Origin: an uncultured bacterium
Lineage (GTDB): Bacteria > Oederibacteriota > Oederibacteriia > Oederibacteriales > Oederibacteriaceae
NCBI GenBank assembly: GCA_965112635.1
Contig: OZ218778.1
Location: 160,001-224,000, forward strand
Direction of reading: 5' to 3'
DNA: 64,000 bases
Of this stretch, positions 18,506-28,238 are shown in pieces (position 1 is the first letter of the stretch; the number at the start of each line of letters is the position of its first letter). The translations under genes were made by a program, and so were the position numbers. The notes under the pieces are model-generated. The model saw only the letters and a list, made by a program, of their open reading frames with translations. It searched no databases and had not been told where the DNA came from.

Positions 18506-20773
18506 ATGAGCCGCTCTACCCTGTCCTGGCTTTTAGCCGCTTTGATCCTGTGTTCCTTGCCCGTGAGCATCCATGCCCAGAAATCGTGGGAGCCTGTGGG
18601 CCCGGGCGGCGGCGGCTCGCTCTACGTGCCCTCTATTTCTCCGGTGGACCCAGACCTCATCATGGAAGGCTGCGACATGAGCGGCGCCTACCGCTCCGAG
18701 AACGGCGGCCTGACCTGGCAGACGGTGGATTTCAACGAACTCACCACCTATATACCCTGGAGCTTGGGCCACGAATGGATGTGTCCGTTCGCCTGGCATC
18801 CCCAGGACGCTAATGTAGTCTTTGTCTACGGGAGCAAGCTCGGCGCTACGAGACTTTATAAGAGCGTGGACAAAGGTAAAACCTGGTCCCCAGCCCTGAC
18901 CGCGGCAACCGACCCCTGGAGAGTGGTCACCCAGCTCGCCATTGACCGGACCAATCCGGATTTCATGCTGGCCGGAACCAACGACGGCGCCTATAGGAGC
19001 ACGGATGGGGGCAAGACCTGGACGGTCTGCAAAGGCGTGGCGGGATATGCGGTCGGCCTCATGATCGACCAGAACAGCCCGGCTGGCAAAAGGACTTGCT
19101 ATGTCGGCACCAACACAGCGGCCTACATCTCCCAGAACCAGGGCGCTGACTTCGAGCCTGTCCGGTCTGAGGGCACACTCACCAACCTCGCCAGCCTGGC
19201 CGGCGGCAGCCTCACCACCACTGGCCGGACGGTCGTATATGCGGCAGCGGGCGGCCTGGTCTACAGGTCCGTGAACGGCGGCTCCTGGTCCGCAGCCGGG
19301 TCTGATGACTGCAAGTCCAACAACTTCCTGGCCGTGGCGGACAATACGCCCGACGTCGCCTATGTCTCTGCCTCGGATACCTATGACGGCATCTATAAAA
19401 CTGTAGACAGCGGCAAGACCTGGAAAAAAGTTTTTAACCCTTCCCTGACCGGCGGAAACGTGGACCTGGGCTGGATCCATTACGACGGCGGGTTCAAGCT
19501 CGTCAATTTGGGCCAAGACGTGTTCCCTGCCCTGGGGCTGGGCGTCAACCCGGCCAATCCTGACATGGTCATGCTGACCAACGGCATGGAATCCATCATT
19601 TCCACCAACGGCGGCGACACCTGGCAGCAGGACTACTCCGTGGCCATAGACCCGGCTCCGCGCCACGCGGGCCAGCGCTGGGCATCCCGCGGCCTGGAGG
19701 TCACCGGCGCCTGGTTTTACCAGATCAATCCCTCCAACCCCCAGCTCCATTACATCGCCTATACGGACATCTGTTATGCTCGGAGCATGGACGCCGGACT
19801 GACCTGGATCCCCCTGCCCAAGCCCTACCCGACCCACATCAACACCTTTTACCAGCTGGCCTTTGACCCTTCCCAGCCCAAGGTAGTTTACGCGGCCATG
19901 TCCGACCAGCACGATATTCCCCACAAGCCCTACGACGCCGCACCGGACAATCCCTGGTCTATTGGTAGCGTTTTCAAGAGCACGGACGAAGGAGCCACCT
20001 GGTTCGATTCCTCCAACGGCCTGCCTCTCAAGCCCAAAAATACAAGAACGTATCCCATCACATCCATCATCTCCGACACCAGCACCAAACCGGCCACCCT
20101 CTATGCCGCCGTGTGGGGAGGCGGGGTTTACAAGTCCGTGGACAGCGCCGCCAACTGGACGCCTCTGGCTCCTATTTCCATTGGCGAGAACAAACACACC
20201 TACTTTTTGAAACTGCATAAGGACGGCACCTTGTTCTGCGTCCTGGGACCCCGTATTCCCGAAGACCATATTGTTTACAAGGACCCGGGAGGATTGTTCC
20301 GTTCCAGGGACAAGGGCAAGACCTGGGAGAATATCACGGAACACGCGGACACGGCTCACGGCAACATCCCCTTTTATTGCCCCATCCAGATGGATGTGGA
20401 CCCTAAAAACAGCAACATCATCTACCTAGCTACCAATAACGGCCAATGGTCCCCCCTACCCGGCCACTTTTTTCCGGACCAGGGAGGTGTGTATAAGACC
20501 ATCGATGGTGGAAAGAACTGGAAGCGCCTGACCTTACCCCCCAACCCTGCCGGCTACGACGGCATCTCTGTGATTATTGATCCCACCAATACCCAGAGAG
20601 TCTATTTCACCACCGAGAACATAGGATTGTATGTCAGCGAGAACGCGGGTAAATCATGGCAGAGGGTGACCGATATTCCTTTTGCCTCTATTCAAAGGGT
20701 CGCTTTCGATACGGCTCATAAAAAGATTTTTGTGGGAACCAACGGCAACGGAGTGTGGCGGAAAGATTACTAG
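18506..20773 (+). CDS. Secreted BNR/Asp-box beta-propeller protein (GH74/VPS10-like)
   Basis: Signal peptide; GPGGGG...CDMSGAYRS; many S.D.G.TW repeats. Confidence 0.82.
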   Translation: MSRSTLSWLLAALILCSLPVSIHAQKSWEPVGPGGGGSLYVPSISPVDPDLIMEGCDMSGAYRSENGGLTWQTVDFNELTTYIPWSLGHEWMCPFAWHPQDANVVFVYGSKLGATRLYKSVDKGKTWSPALTAATDPWRVVTQLAIDRTNPDFMLAGTNDGAYRSTDGGKTWTVCKGVAGYAVGLMIDQNSPAGKRTCYVGTNTAAYISQNQGADFEPVRSEGTLTNLASLAGGSLTTTGRTVVYAAAGGLVYRSVNGGSWSAAGSDDCKSNNFLAVADNTPDVAYVSASDTYDGIYKTVDSGKTWKKVFNPSLTGGNVDLGWIHYDGGFKLVNLGQDVFPALGLGVNPANPDMVMLTNGMESIISTNGGDTWQQDYSVAIDPAPRHAGQRWASRGLEVTGAWFYQINPSNPQLHYIAYTDICYARSMDAGLTWIPLPKPYPTHINTFYQLAFDPSQPKVVYAAMSDQHDIPHKPYDAAPDNPWSIGSVFKSTDEGATWFDSSNGLPLKPKNTRTYPITSIISDTSTKPATLYAAVWGGGVYKSVDSAANWTPLAPISIGENKHTYFLKLHKDGTLFCVLGPRIPEDHIVYKDPGGLFRSRDKGKTWENITEHADTAHGNIPFYCPIQMDVDPKNSNIIYLATNNGQWSPLPGHFFPDQGGVYKTIDGGKNWKRLTLPPNPAGYDGISVIIDPTNTQRVYFTTENIGLYVSENAGKSWQRVTDIPFASIQRVAFDTAHKKIFVGTNGNGVWRKDY

Positions 20774-20797
20774 CCCTGGGACTCAGCGGCGAACTGT

Positions 20798-23191
20798 TTA
20801 CCTGCCCATCACGGCGGTCACTTCGACCGTTCTTTTGCCCTTTTGGACGGGTATGATGCAGCCGCTGATGATCTTGCCATGGACCACCAGATACTTGACC
20901 CCGTGGCTGACATGCTGGGGGTTCTTGACGCTTATTTCGTAACGCGTTCCCCGGAAGACCCGCGACAGTTTAAACCCGTCCCAATCGCTCGGAATGGAAG
21001 GGTCGATCCTGAGTCCTTTGTATTCCGGTCTGCATCCCAGGATATACTGCTTGGCGCCGTGTGCCATCCAGGTGGCGGTACCGGTCAGCCAGGCATTGCG
21101 GCCGCGTCCCACGATATGGAACGGCTTTTCGCTGATGAACTGGCAGGCCACGTAGGGCTCGGACTCGTGCACTTCGGCCTTGCGGTTCTTGGTGGCGCCG
21201 CACATCCTCTTGAAATACTCCATGGCCTTGTCCCCGCGGCCTATAAAGCCCTCCGCGTTGATCACCCAGCTGGAAGCGTGGTTAAAGACCGCCCCGTTCT
21301 CTTTGATGCCGCCGGGGTCAGTGGTCGTCCCGCCTATCTCCGGGTCAAAGGATTTGAAGGGTCTATCCATTATTTTATGCCCGTCCGGAGTCCCTAAATA
21401 TTTTTCCACGGCATTGAGGACCACTTCCGCCCGTTCTCCCTCAGCGACCCCTCCTAATACGGCCCAGGGCTGGGGTTCCAGGAAAATACGCCCGTCCTTA
21501 CTCTTGCGGCTCCCCAGGATCATCCCGTTGGTATAGATCATCCGCTGGTACCACTGGCCGTCCCAGGCCGCCTTGTTCATGAGCTTTTTCTGGATGTCAT
21601 AACGTTTCTGGTATTTTTCCGCCAGGTTCTTCTTGCCCAGCGCCTCCAAAAGCTCCACCAGCAATTTGGTGGAAAAGCAATAAAGAGCCGAGTTAAAAGG
21701 GCTTTCCGTGGTCAGGTCCGGCGGGTTGAGGCCGTCGTTCCAGTCCGCGTGCCCCACCTGCATCAGGCCGTGCTTGCCCCGGAGCGTCCAGGCGTATTCC
21801 TGGCATTTGAGCAGATGCTCCAGCACCGTGCCTTTTTTTCCGCTCGTGACATAGTCCACTTTTTGCTGGAGGAATTTAAGGTCGCCGGTTTCTTTGACGT
21901 ACTGGCAGATGGGAATGGCCAGCCAGTGATGGTCGTCATAAAACCCCGCCCCGTCATACTGCTTGCGCAGGGGAAAGGAATTGTGCGCGGCCGAGCCGTC
22001 CGGATAAATGGCCGAGCACAGCCTCAGCAGCATGGTCCTGGACCTGTCCGGCAGGGCGTGCATCATGCCCAGCTGGTCCTGGCAGCTGTCGCGGAACCCC
22101 ATGCCCCGGCCCATGCCCCATTCATAGCTGGAGATACTGCGGGACAGCCACATCGTCATGGCCGCCTGGTACTGGACGAACCCGTTGACCAAGGCGTCGA
22201 ACTCCGCATCCGGGGTGCTGACCTTAAAAAGGTCCATTTTCTCTGACCAGAACCGTTTGACTTCCTGGAGGGCCAGGTCCACCTGGCGGGTGCTCTTGTA
22301 TTTTTGGCTCATTCTGAATACATCCGCTTCGTTCTTGGCCATGCCGGTCTGGTAAACAATGCGCTTGGTTTGCCCGGGTTTGAGCTCGAACCTGTGCTCC
22401 AGGCACCCGATGGGGTATCCGCCGTCCTTGCAGTAATTGGTGGACTCCCCTTTTTCCAGGACTATGGGGTTTTTCTCGTCATGGTAATTGCCCAGGAACC
22501 TGTCCCGGTCGCCGTTATGGCCGAAGGGTGTCTGGTTGGAGGTATGGAAGCCGAAATTCTGCACAAAGATGCAGTTATCCAGGCCCGTGCCGATGTCGTT
22601 GAAGGAAGAATGGATGATGGCGCCCTTGCTGTATTTCTGCTTGGACTCATTGGGGCAGTTGTCGATATTCATGAGGTCGCGCATGGCTCCCCAAAAAGCG
22701 AATTCCGCGTAGCTGAAGGTGGACAGCTTTCGTTTGCGTGAGGAGAGGTTAGTAACGGTCAGGTCCCATATTTCCAGAGGCTTATCCTGGGGCACGAAAT
22801 AGGTGATCTCGGTCCTGATGCCCTCGTACTCGAAGGTGATGACCTGGTAACTGAACCCGACCCGGCATTGGTAAAAGCATTTTTCCACCGGAGGAAGCAC
22901 CGGCGCCCAGCAGCCTGACCAGTATTTGCCTGACTGGCGGTCTTTGATGTAGATATAGCGGCCCGGACGGTCATAGGGGATGTTCTGGTAGCGGTAGCGC
23001 AGCAGGCGGTAAATGCCGGGGTCTTTGTCATAGCTCACCCCGCCGCCGGTGTTGGATATCATGGCCACGTAGGTCTCGTTCATCAGGTAGTTGTACCAGG
23101 GCCGGGGCGTGTCCGGCCGGATGATGACATATTCCCTTTTCTCAGCGTCAAAATATCCGTACTTGCCCGGAGCTATCTTTTGCTCTTTCAT
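20798..23191 (-). CDS. GH94 glycoside phosphorylase (cellobiose/chitobiose phosphorylase family)
   Basis: YGYFD...EYVI..PDTPRPWYNYL, GMGFRDSCQD, ADWNDGL, KENGAVFNH, WLTGTA. Confidence 0.92.
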   Translation of the reverse strand: MKEQKIAPGKYGYFDAEKREYVIIRPDTPRPWYNYLMNETYVAMISNTGGGVSYDKDPGIYRLLRYRYQNIPYDRPGRYIYIKDRQSGKYWSGCWAPVLPPVEKCFYQCRVGFSYQVITFEYEGIRTEITYFVPQDKPLEIWDLTVTNLSSRKRKLSTFSYAEFAFWGAMRDLMNIDNCPNESKQKYSKGAIIHSSFNDIGTGLDNCIFVQNFGFHTSNQTPFGHNGDRDRFLGNYHDEKNPIVLEKGESTNYCKDGGYPIGCLEHRFELKPGQTKRIVYQTGMAKNEADVFRMSQKYKSTRQVDLALQEVKRFWSEKMDLFKVSTPDAEFDALVNGFVQYQAAMTMWLSRSISSYEWGMGRGMGFRDSCQDQLGMMHALPDRSRTMLLRLCSAIYPDGSAAHNSFPLRKQYDGAGFYDDHHWLAIPICQYVKETGDLKFLQQKVDYVTSGKKGTVLEHLLKCQEYAWTLRGKHGLMQVGHADWNDGLNPPDLTTESPFNSALYCFSTKLLVELLEALGKKNLAEKYQKRYDIQKKLMNKAAWDGQWYQRMIYTNGMILGSRKSKDGRIFLEPQPWAVLGGVAEGERAEVVLNAVEKYLGTPDGHKIMDRPFKSFDPEIGGTTTDPGGIKENGAVFNHASSWVINAEGFIGRGDKAMEYFKRMCGATKNRKAEVHESEPYVACQFISEKPFHIVGRGRNAWLTGTATWMAHGAKQYILGCRPEYKGLRIDPSIPSDWDGFKLSRVFRGTRYEISVKNPQHVSHGVKYLVVHGKIISGCIIPVQKGKRTVEVTAVMGR

Positions 23192-23331
23192 TCCTCGACC
23201 TCTCCTCGGCCTTTTAAGGCACAAATTTTTTAAACGAAAAGATTATATCATAGCCCTGCCGCCTCAGCCTTTAACCATAGAAATCCAAAAAGTTTTCTGC
23301 TCTAATATTGGAAAATCAAAAAGGAGGATTT

Positions 23332-23583
23332 ATGAAAAAAGCGCTGCTTTCCGTTGCTATCATTCTTTGCCTGGCCATCCCGGCCAGCCTTCTGGCTGAC
23401 ACCAGCATCAATAACAGCTCGGTCGAATTTAATGTTAAGGGAAGTTTCAAAGAGCCCGGCGCCAAGAACTCGTCAAAAAGGAGTTCATCTAAAAAGAAAA
23501 AATCCAGCTCCCAATCTAAATCAAAGAAAACCAAAAAAACAAAGAAAACAAAGAAAAAAAGCGCCTCAGGAGAAGGACAATGA
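23332..23583 (+). CDS. Small secreted Lys/Ser-rich protein
   Basis: AAGGAGG RBS; signal peptide MKKALLS...LLA-D; basic low-complexity tail. Confidence 0.65.
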   Translation: MKKALLSVAIILCLAIPASLLADTSINNSSVEFNVKGSFKEPGAKNSSKRSSSKKKKSSSQSKSKKTKKTKKTKKKSASGEGQ

Positions 23584-24335
23584 TAAAAGAAGCTAAAAAC
23601 TGGTGGGAACTGCATGGCCAATCGTTCCAGAAAGATAACTCTATTCCCATTGATATCCTCTACGGCATAGGCAGTCCCAATGAACAGGAACTGGGGCTTA
23701 TTGGTCCAGTGGCGGGGAAAAAAGTCCTGGAGATAGGTTGCGGGGGGGCGCAATGCTCCATTGCCTTTGCCAAGATGGGCGCCACGGTCACCGGGATTGA
23801 TGTGGCTGCGTCCCAAATAGAGTTTGCCCGGGAACTGGCCAGGAAAAACAACGTCTCCATCGACTTGTTGCAAAGAGACATGTCTGACCTGTCAGCCATA
23901 GCCTCGGACAGCCAGGACGTGGTTTTTTCATCCTCAGCCTTTGGATATGTGGACGACCTATCGGTTTGCTTTAAAGAAGTTTTCCGGGTTTTGAAGCCGG
24001 ACGGGCTGTTTGTTTGGGGCGTCGGTCACCCCTTTATGGGCATCCTCGACACGGATACGATGAAGGTGAAACGCTCCTACTTTGAAACAGGAGTGCGCAT
24101 CGAAGGCGCGGAAACCGGTTGCGCGTTCGCTTGTGTTGACCGGACCATAAGCGAGTTCCTCAATACGCTTGTGGATGCCGGCTTCCACATTGAACGGATG
24201 GTGGAGCCTGACTCGCGGAAACGGTATGCCTGCGACCCCTGGTTCGGACGGTGGGGGTTGACGGCTGATGTTCTGGCCAAGGTTCCCGCAACCTTAATTT
24301 TCAAAGCCAAAAAACCAATAAGAAGAAAAGGCTAA
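23580..24335 (+). CDS. Class I SAM-dependent methyltransferase
   Basis: VLEIGCGGAQ, GIDVA, RVLKPDG. Confidence 0.9.
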   Translation: MIKEAKNWWELHGQSFQKDNSIPIDILYGIGSPNEQELGLIGPVAGKKVLEIGCGGAQCSIAFAKMGATVTGIDVAASQIEFARELARKNNVSIDLLQRDMSDLSAIASDSQDVVFSSSAFGYVDDLSVCFKEVFRVLKPDGLFVWGVGHPFMGILDTDTMKVKRSYFETGVRIEGAETGCAFACVDRTISEFLNTLVDAGFHIERMVEPDSRKRYACDPWFGRWGLTADVLAKVPATLIFKAKKPIRRKG

Positions 24336-24347
24336 GAACCGCCCACT

Positions 24348-25148
24348 ATGGCTAGAAACAAAAAACAAACACCCCTTTTGGAATTCAAAAATATTACGGT
24401 TTACCGGGGAGAGACTAAAGCCCTGGATAACATCGATCTAACTATTCCCAAAGGCCAGGATGTTGCCATTTTGGGCCCCAACGGGTCCGGCAAATCCACG
24501 CTCATCAAGACCATCACCCATGAATGTTATGCCTGGCAGGGCAACCCCAAATCCTCCATCAAAATATTCGGGGAAGTATTATGGAACATCTTTGATCTAC
24601 AGGACAAGCTGGGTATTGTCACCAATGACCTGATGCAGACCTGCTCCCGCGACATCACCGCCATGGAGCTCATCCTTTCCGGTTTTTTCAGCAGTATCGG
24701 CCTGTGGCAGGGCCAGCAGGTCACCAAAGCCATGGAGAAAAAGGCCCGGCAAGCCCTGACGCAAATGGAAGCATTGCCTTTGGCCCAGCGCCTGGTCTCG
24801 CACCTGTCCGACGGCCAGGCCCGCCGCATCCTCATCAGCCGCGCCCTGGTCCATGACCCCCAGGCCCTGCTTTTGGACGAACCCTTCAACAGCCTCGACC
24901 CCAAAGCCAGCTATGACCTTAAAAATATCCTCGGTAAACTGGCCCGTTCCGGCAGGAACATCATCCTGGCCACGCACCAGTTTTCGGATATCATCCCTGA
25001 GATCACGCGGGTAATATTTATGAAAGAAGGAAGGATATACCTGGACGGTTCCAGGGAAAAGGTTTTGACCAGCAAGAACCTCACCGCTCTTTTCGACTTT
25101 CCGGTAGGGAAACAATCTACCTATAAACTTCCCGACGGTGCCCTATAG
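24348..25148 (+). CDS. ABC transporter ATP-binding protein (ModF-like)
   Basis: Walker A GPNGSGKST, signature LSDGQ, Walker B LLLDEP, H-loop. Confidence 0.9.
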   Translation: MARNKKQTPLLEFKNITVYRGETKALDNIDLTIPKGQDVAILGPNGSGKSTLIKTITHECYAWQGNPKSSIKIFGEVLWNIFDLQDKLGIVTNDLMQTCSRDITAMELILSGFFSSIGLWQGQQVTKAMEKKARQALTQMEALPLAQRLVSHLSDGQARRILISRALVHDPQALLLDEPFNSLDPKASYDLKNILGKLARSGRNIILATHQFSDIIPEITRVIFMKEGRIYLDGSREKVLTSKNLTALFDFPVGKQSTYKLPDGAL

Positions 25149-25371
25149 ACAAAATAGTTATGATCCTATTTCTTGGCTCGATCGAATAAATGACACGGTA
25201 GTCACCTACACGAAACCGAAAATAATCCGAATCCCTTAACTTTATCGAACCATGAATATGGGGGTCATTCGCAAGAGAAAGTAATTTGGGCCGTATTCTG
25301 GAATAAATTTCTGCAGGAAGGCTGGACAGTTCTTTTTCGGCTGATTTGGATATCTGAATATCAAAGGCCAA
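25117..25371 (-). CDS. Type II toxin, RelE/ParE family
   Basis: SAEKEL..L, KL...YFRFRVGDYRVIY, IGHRREVYR. Confidence 0.9.
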   Translation of the reverse strand: MAFDIQISKSAEKELSSLPAEIYSRIRPKLLSLANDPHIHGSIKLRDSDYFRFRVGDYRVIYSIEPRNRIITILSIGHRREVYR

Positions 25372-25377
25372 ACAAGG

Positions 25378-25584
25378 CTACTTTCTGTTGTCTAAAACGG
25401 CCAAGACCTGTTTTAAAGACCGGCTGGGTTCGCGGTGGCGCGCTTCGGCTATGGCCAAGTCTATCAAGTCTTCGCGTATGACCTTGTCCTTGACCAGTTC
25501 CACAATCACCTGGTTCTTCCCTTTTTTCGGAAGCGCTTCAAATGCTGTCATAAAAACCTCAGCAGTCGCTTGTAACTTAGTCAT
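25378..25584 (-). CDS. Putative antitoxin of RelE module
   Basis: 68 aa gene directly upstream of relE; GGAGG RBS; EDLIDLAIAEAR..EP motif. Confidence 0.75.
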   Translation of the reverse strand: MTKLQATAEVFMTAFEALPKKGKNQVIVELVKDKVIREDLIDLAIAEARHREPSRSLKQVLAVLDNRK

Positions 25585-25674
25585 CTCTGTTCCTCCTGCC
25601 AAGTATTATAAGTGAATCCAATTGCGAAATCAAACCTACCTAGAAAAAGTGATATCATCGAAAGAGGAGGATCC

Positions 25675-26142
25675 ATGCAGGCCCCTATGAGACGGCAGGA
25701 CAGGAAGTTAACCGACCAACAAGCCTTAGCAATACTGGAAAAAGGCGAATACGGTGTTCTATCTATGTGCACACCGGACAATCAGGGTTACGGCGTGCCT
25801 GTAAGTTATGTCCTCTGGAATAATGCCCTTTATTTTCATGGAGCAGGACAAGGGACCAAATTAAGCAACCTCAAAAACAATAACAAGGTCTCTTTTTGCG
25901 TGGTGGGCCACACCCAAGTCCTTCCTGCTAAATTTAGCATGCAATACGAAAGCGCTATTGTTTCCGGGACCACCAGTGAAGTGGAGGGTGATGAAAAAAG
26001 ACAGGCGTTGGTGAAGTTCATAGAAAAGTATTCAGGCGAGTTCCTTCAGCAAGGCATCCAATATATTGATAAACAGTTTGATAACACCCTTGTGCTAAAA
26101 CTAACTATTACCACCCTCACCGGAAAAGCCAAAAAACCCTAG
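25675..26142 (+). CDS. Pyridoxamine 5'-phosphate oxidase-like flavin-binding protein (NimA-like)
   Basis: MRRQDR, YGVLS, YGVPVSY, LYFHGA..G.K, VSFCVV, YESAI. Confidence 0.88.
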   Translation: MQAPMRRQDRKLTDQQALAILEKGEYGVLSMCTPDNQGYGVPVSYVLWNNALYFHGAGQGTKLSNLKNNNKVSFCVVGHTQVLPAKFSMQYESAIVSGTTSEVEGDEKRQALVKFIEKYSGEFLQQGIQYIDKQFDNTLVLKLTITTLTGKAKKP

Positions 26143-26155
26143 CTCAACTAAACCA

Positions 26156-26193
26156 TCATTTTTTGCATGTCACAAGTAAAGACGCGACCCCGG
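26156..26193. repeat. Repeat A, copy 1 (catgtcaca.gt.aagacgcgaccccgg)
   Basis: Near-identical to 30133-30170 and 30185-30223. Confidence 0.8.
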
Positions 26194-26224
26194 CTCACGC
26201 CTCTTTTCGCAATGCCCCCGAATT

Positions 26225-26539
26225 CTACAAATTTTCGTTCCGAAGACGTTTCGCTCTTTGATTCCATGCTGTTGCTAATATGTATTTCCAAGTAAAGTAG
26301 ACAATCAACCACATTAAAGCTATGGCAATCCAAAAACAAAACCAACATATTTTTTTTTCTGTGGCAACGATTAGTATGGCAAACAACACACTACCAAAAA
26401 ACCCACAATAGATCGTTAATTTGAGAATCAATACAGTATCGAAATCATTTGTTTTGGAAGGACGCCAACTCAATATTGGCCACCAGCCCCAATCCATGTC
26501 GGAAAACCAATTAGCGATTTTTTCTAGTTTATCATTCAT
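26225..26539 (-). CDS. Hypothetical membrane protein (low-GC cargo)
   Basis: 104 aa, two hydrophobic segments, GGAG RBS, AT-rich. Confidence 0.65.
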   Translation of the reverse strand: MNDKLEKIANWFSDMDWGWWPILSWRPSKTNDFDTVLILKLTIYCGFFGSVLFAILIVATEKKICWFCFWIAIALMWLIVYFTWKYILATAWNQRAKRLRNENL

Positions 26540-26618
26540 CTTTATCTCCCCGGAATAATCGAATTACGAACCATTTAATTTACTTTCAACAAACAAAGTG
26601 AACCAAATATTCAGCATG

Positions 26619-27278
26619 CTATTCTTTATTTTCCCATTCAATTGGCCTAGGGGAGTCAAAGCGATTATAGACTTCACCGTTCGAGGATTTAATATCTCCA
26701 AATATTAATAAGGACAATGTTCTTTTGTATTTTTCGTTTTCATTCAATCTGTCATAATTTTTTTGTACCTTTTTCATTTCACTACCATTATTTTCTAACC
26801 TTTTAATAAATTTACAAATAGCCTCTTTTAAATCATCTACTAATTGACAGATATTTATGACAATAATTATTTTTTCCCTATTCCCATCTACTTGGTAACA
26901 TTTTAAATGTTCCTGTCTATGGCACTGTTTTGAAGAATTATTTGAAAGCCATAATAATTGAATTTGATTTGCAACCATAAATGTTTTGGGTTTATATTGG
27001 TGAATAGTGCCATGACGCCACATATTGATTAAAATATGAACAATTGGTTTATATTTTTCATCAAAATAGGTCTTAATAAAATCCATCTCTCTTTTGGTTG
27101 ATTTAGCATTACGGCCAGAAAGCAAAGCACCTAAATAATCAATGTAACAAAAGACTTGCCGAGGAATACTAAAATATCCACCCCCAGCATATCCATGAAA
27201 CTGAGTTACTGCTGCTATATCATCATTTATAGAATCCAACATATCGTTTTTTAGAAACTCAATAACATTTTTAGTCAT
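26619..27278 (-). CDS. Hypothetical protein with HEPN-like RxxxxH motif (low-GC cargo)
   Basis: 219 aa AT-rich ORF; YIDYLGAL...FIKTYF...WRHGTIHQY. Confidence 0.6.
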   Translation of the reverse strand: MTKNVIEFLKNDMLDSINDDIAAVTQFHGYAGGGYFSIPRQVFCYIDYLGALLSGRNAKSTKREMDFIKTYFDEKYKPIVHILINMWRHGTIHQYKPKTFMVANQIQLLWLSNNSSKQCHRQEHLKCYQVDGNREKIIIVINICQLVDDLKEAICKFIKRLENNGSEMKKVQKNYDRLNENEKYKRTLSLLIFGDIKSSNGEVYNRFDSPRPIEWENKE

Positions 27279-27365
27279 TTAATAATGTTCTCCGAATTGG
27301 ACTCGAACCTGCGACCACATTTTTAACCGGCCTTCACAACTATTATCTCTGCCGTAATTGATACT

Positions 27366-27397
27366 AAAAAGGTTCCAGGTCTTGTTTTTTGCTTTCC
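27366..27397. repeat. Repeat B, copy 1 (degenerate inverted partner of repeat A)
   Basis: aaaaaggttccaggtcttgttttttgc; homologous to 30812-30843; its gtcttg core is the reverse complement of the caagac core of repeat A. Confidence 0.5.
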
Positions 27398-27439
27398 ACT
27401 GCGTCCGATCCAATGGTTATTTACTCCCCAAGTTTACCC

Positions 27440-28165
27440 TTATCGCGCCTGGCTGACCACAAAATCAACCAGTTCCCGGCATTCAAACCAGCCCGGCCAC
27501 ATATCATGGCCTTTTCCCCTGACCAGGTTAAGGGTCATGGCCCCGCCCAGCTTGCGGTAGCGCCGGCACAGTTCGCCGGAATTCTTTTCCAATGGCACGA
27601 CCGTATCGCTGTCCCCGTGGATGTGATAAATGGGGATACGCGCCTTGGCCAGTGGCTCCAGGCGGTCAATGGGATTATGCTCTTTCAGTCCGGCCTGGAG
27701 CTGCAGCTCGGTCATTCCATAAGCTTCGCAGGCTTTGTCAACGCCGGGGTAGCTGGTCAGGGCGCACACGGGATAGATGCCCGCCACGCAGGCCACGCAA
27801 AAGGGATGCTCCACGGCCCAGTTATAGTGCATCAATCCTCCCCGGCTTCTGGCCAGCAAACAGGGCGTCTGGGAATAGCCGCGCCTCTGGACCATCTCCT
27901 CGTAAAAGCAAGTGAACAGGGCCCGGCCCGCGGGACTGCCGAACGATTCACCAACGTCTATTCCTGAAACAGCCAGCCCGTTTTTTAGGAACTCCTGAAG
28001 CATCCATTTTTCTTCCGGGCCCGGGTAGGCAGGCAGTGTCGGCGCGTACCAAACCCAGGGTTTCCCCGGCTTGGCCAAACTGTTATCCGGAGCGATCAAA
28101 AACGTCGTGCAGTTCTTTACGCTAAAAACTTGTCCGGGTATGGGCAATTCTTTGGACGGCCCCAT
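27440..28165 (-). CDS. Alpha/beta-hydrolase (esterase/peptidase S9-like), duplicate copy
   Basis: LARSRGG nucleophile elbow, HGDSDTVVP, GKGHD; near-identical to 30923-31645. Confidence 0.85.
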   Translation of the reverse strand: MGPSKELPIPGQVFSVKNCTTFLIAPDNSLAKPGKPWVWYAPTLPAYPGPEEKWMLQEFLKNGLAVSGIDVGESFGSPAGRALFTCFYEEMVQRRGYSQTPCLLARSRGGLMHYNWAVEHPFCVACVAGIYPVCALTSYPGVDKACEAYGMTELQLQAGLKEHNPIDRLEPLAKARIPIYHIHGDSDTVVPLEKNSGELCRRYRKLGGAMTLNLVRGKGHDMWPGWFECRELVDFVVSQAR

Positions 28166-28238
28166 CCGCACTCCTCAACTTCCCAACCAGATTGCATTAG
28201 ACGGCTCATATTTTTCTTTCTAATTTTTGCCGTGGGGT

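Noticed and set aside
25117-25148. 32-bp convergent overlap of the ABC ATPase and relE as an antisense system
   Set aside because: More simply explained by insertion of the toxin-antitoxin module at the ABC gene's 3' end; no further evidence
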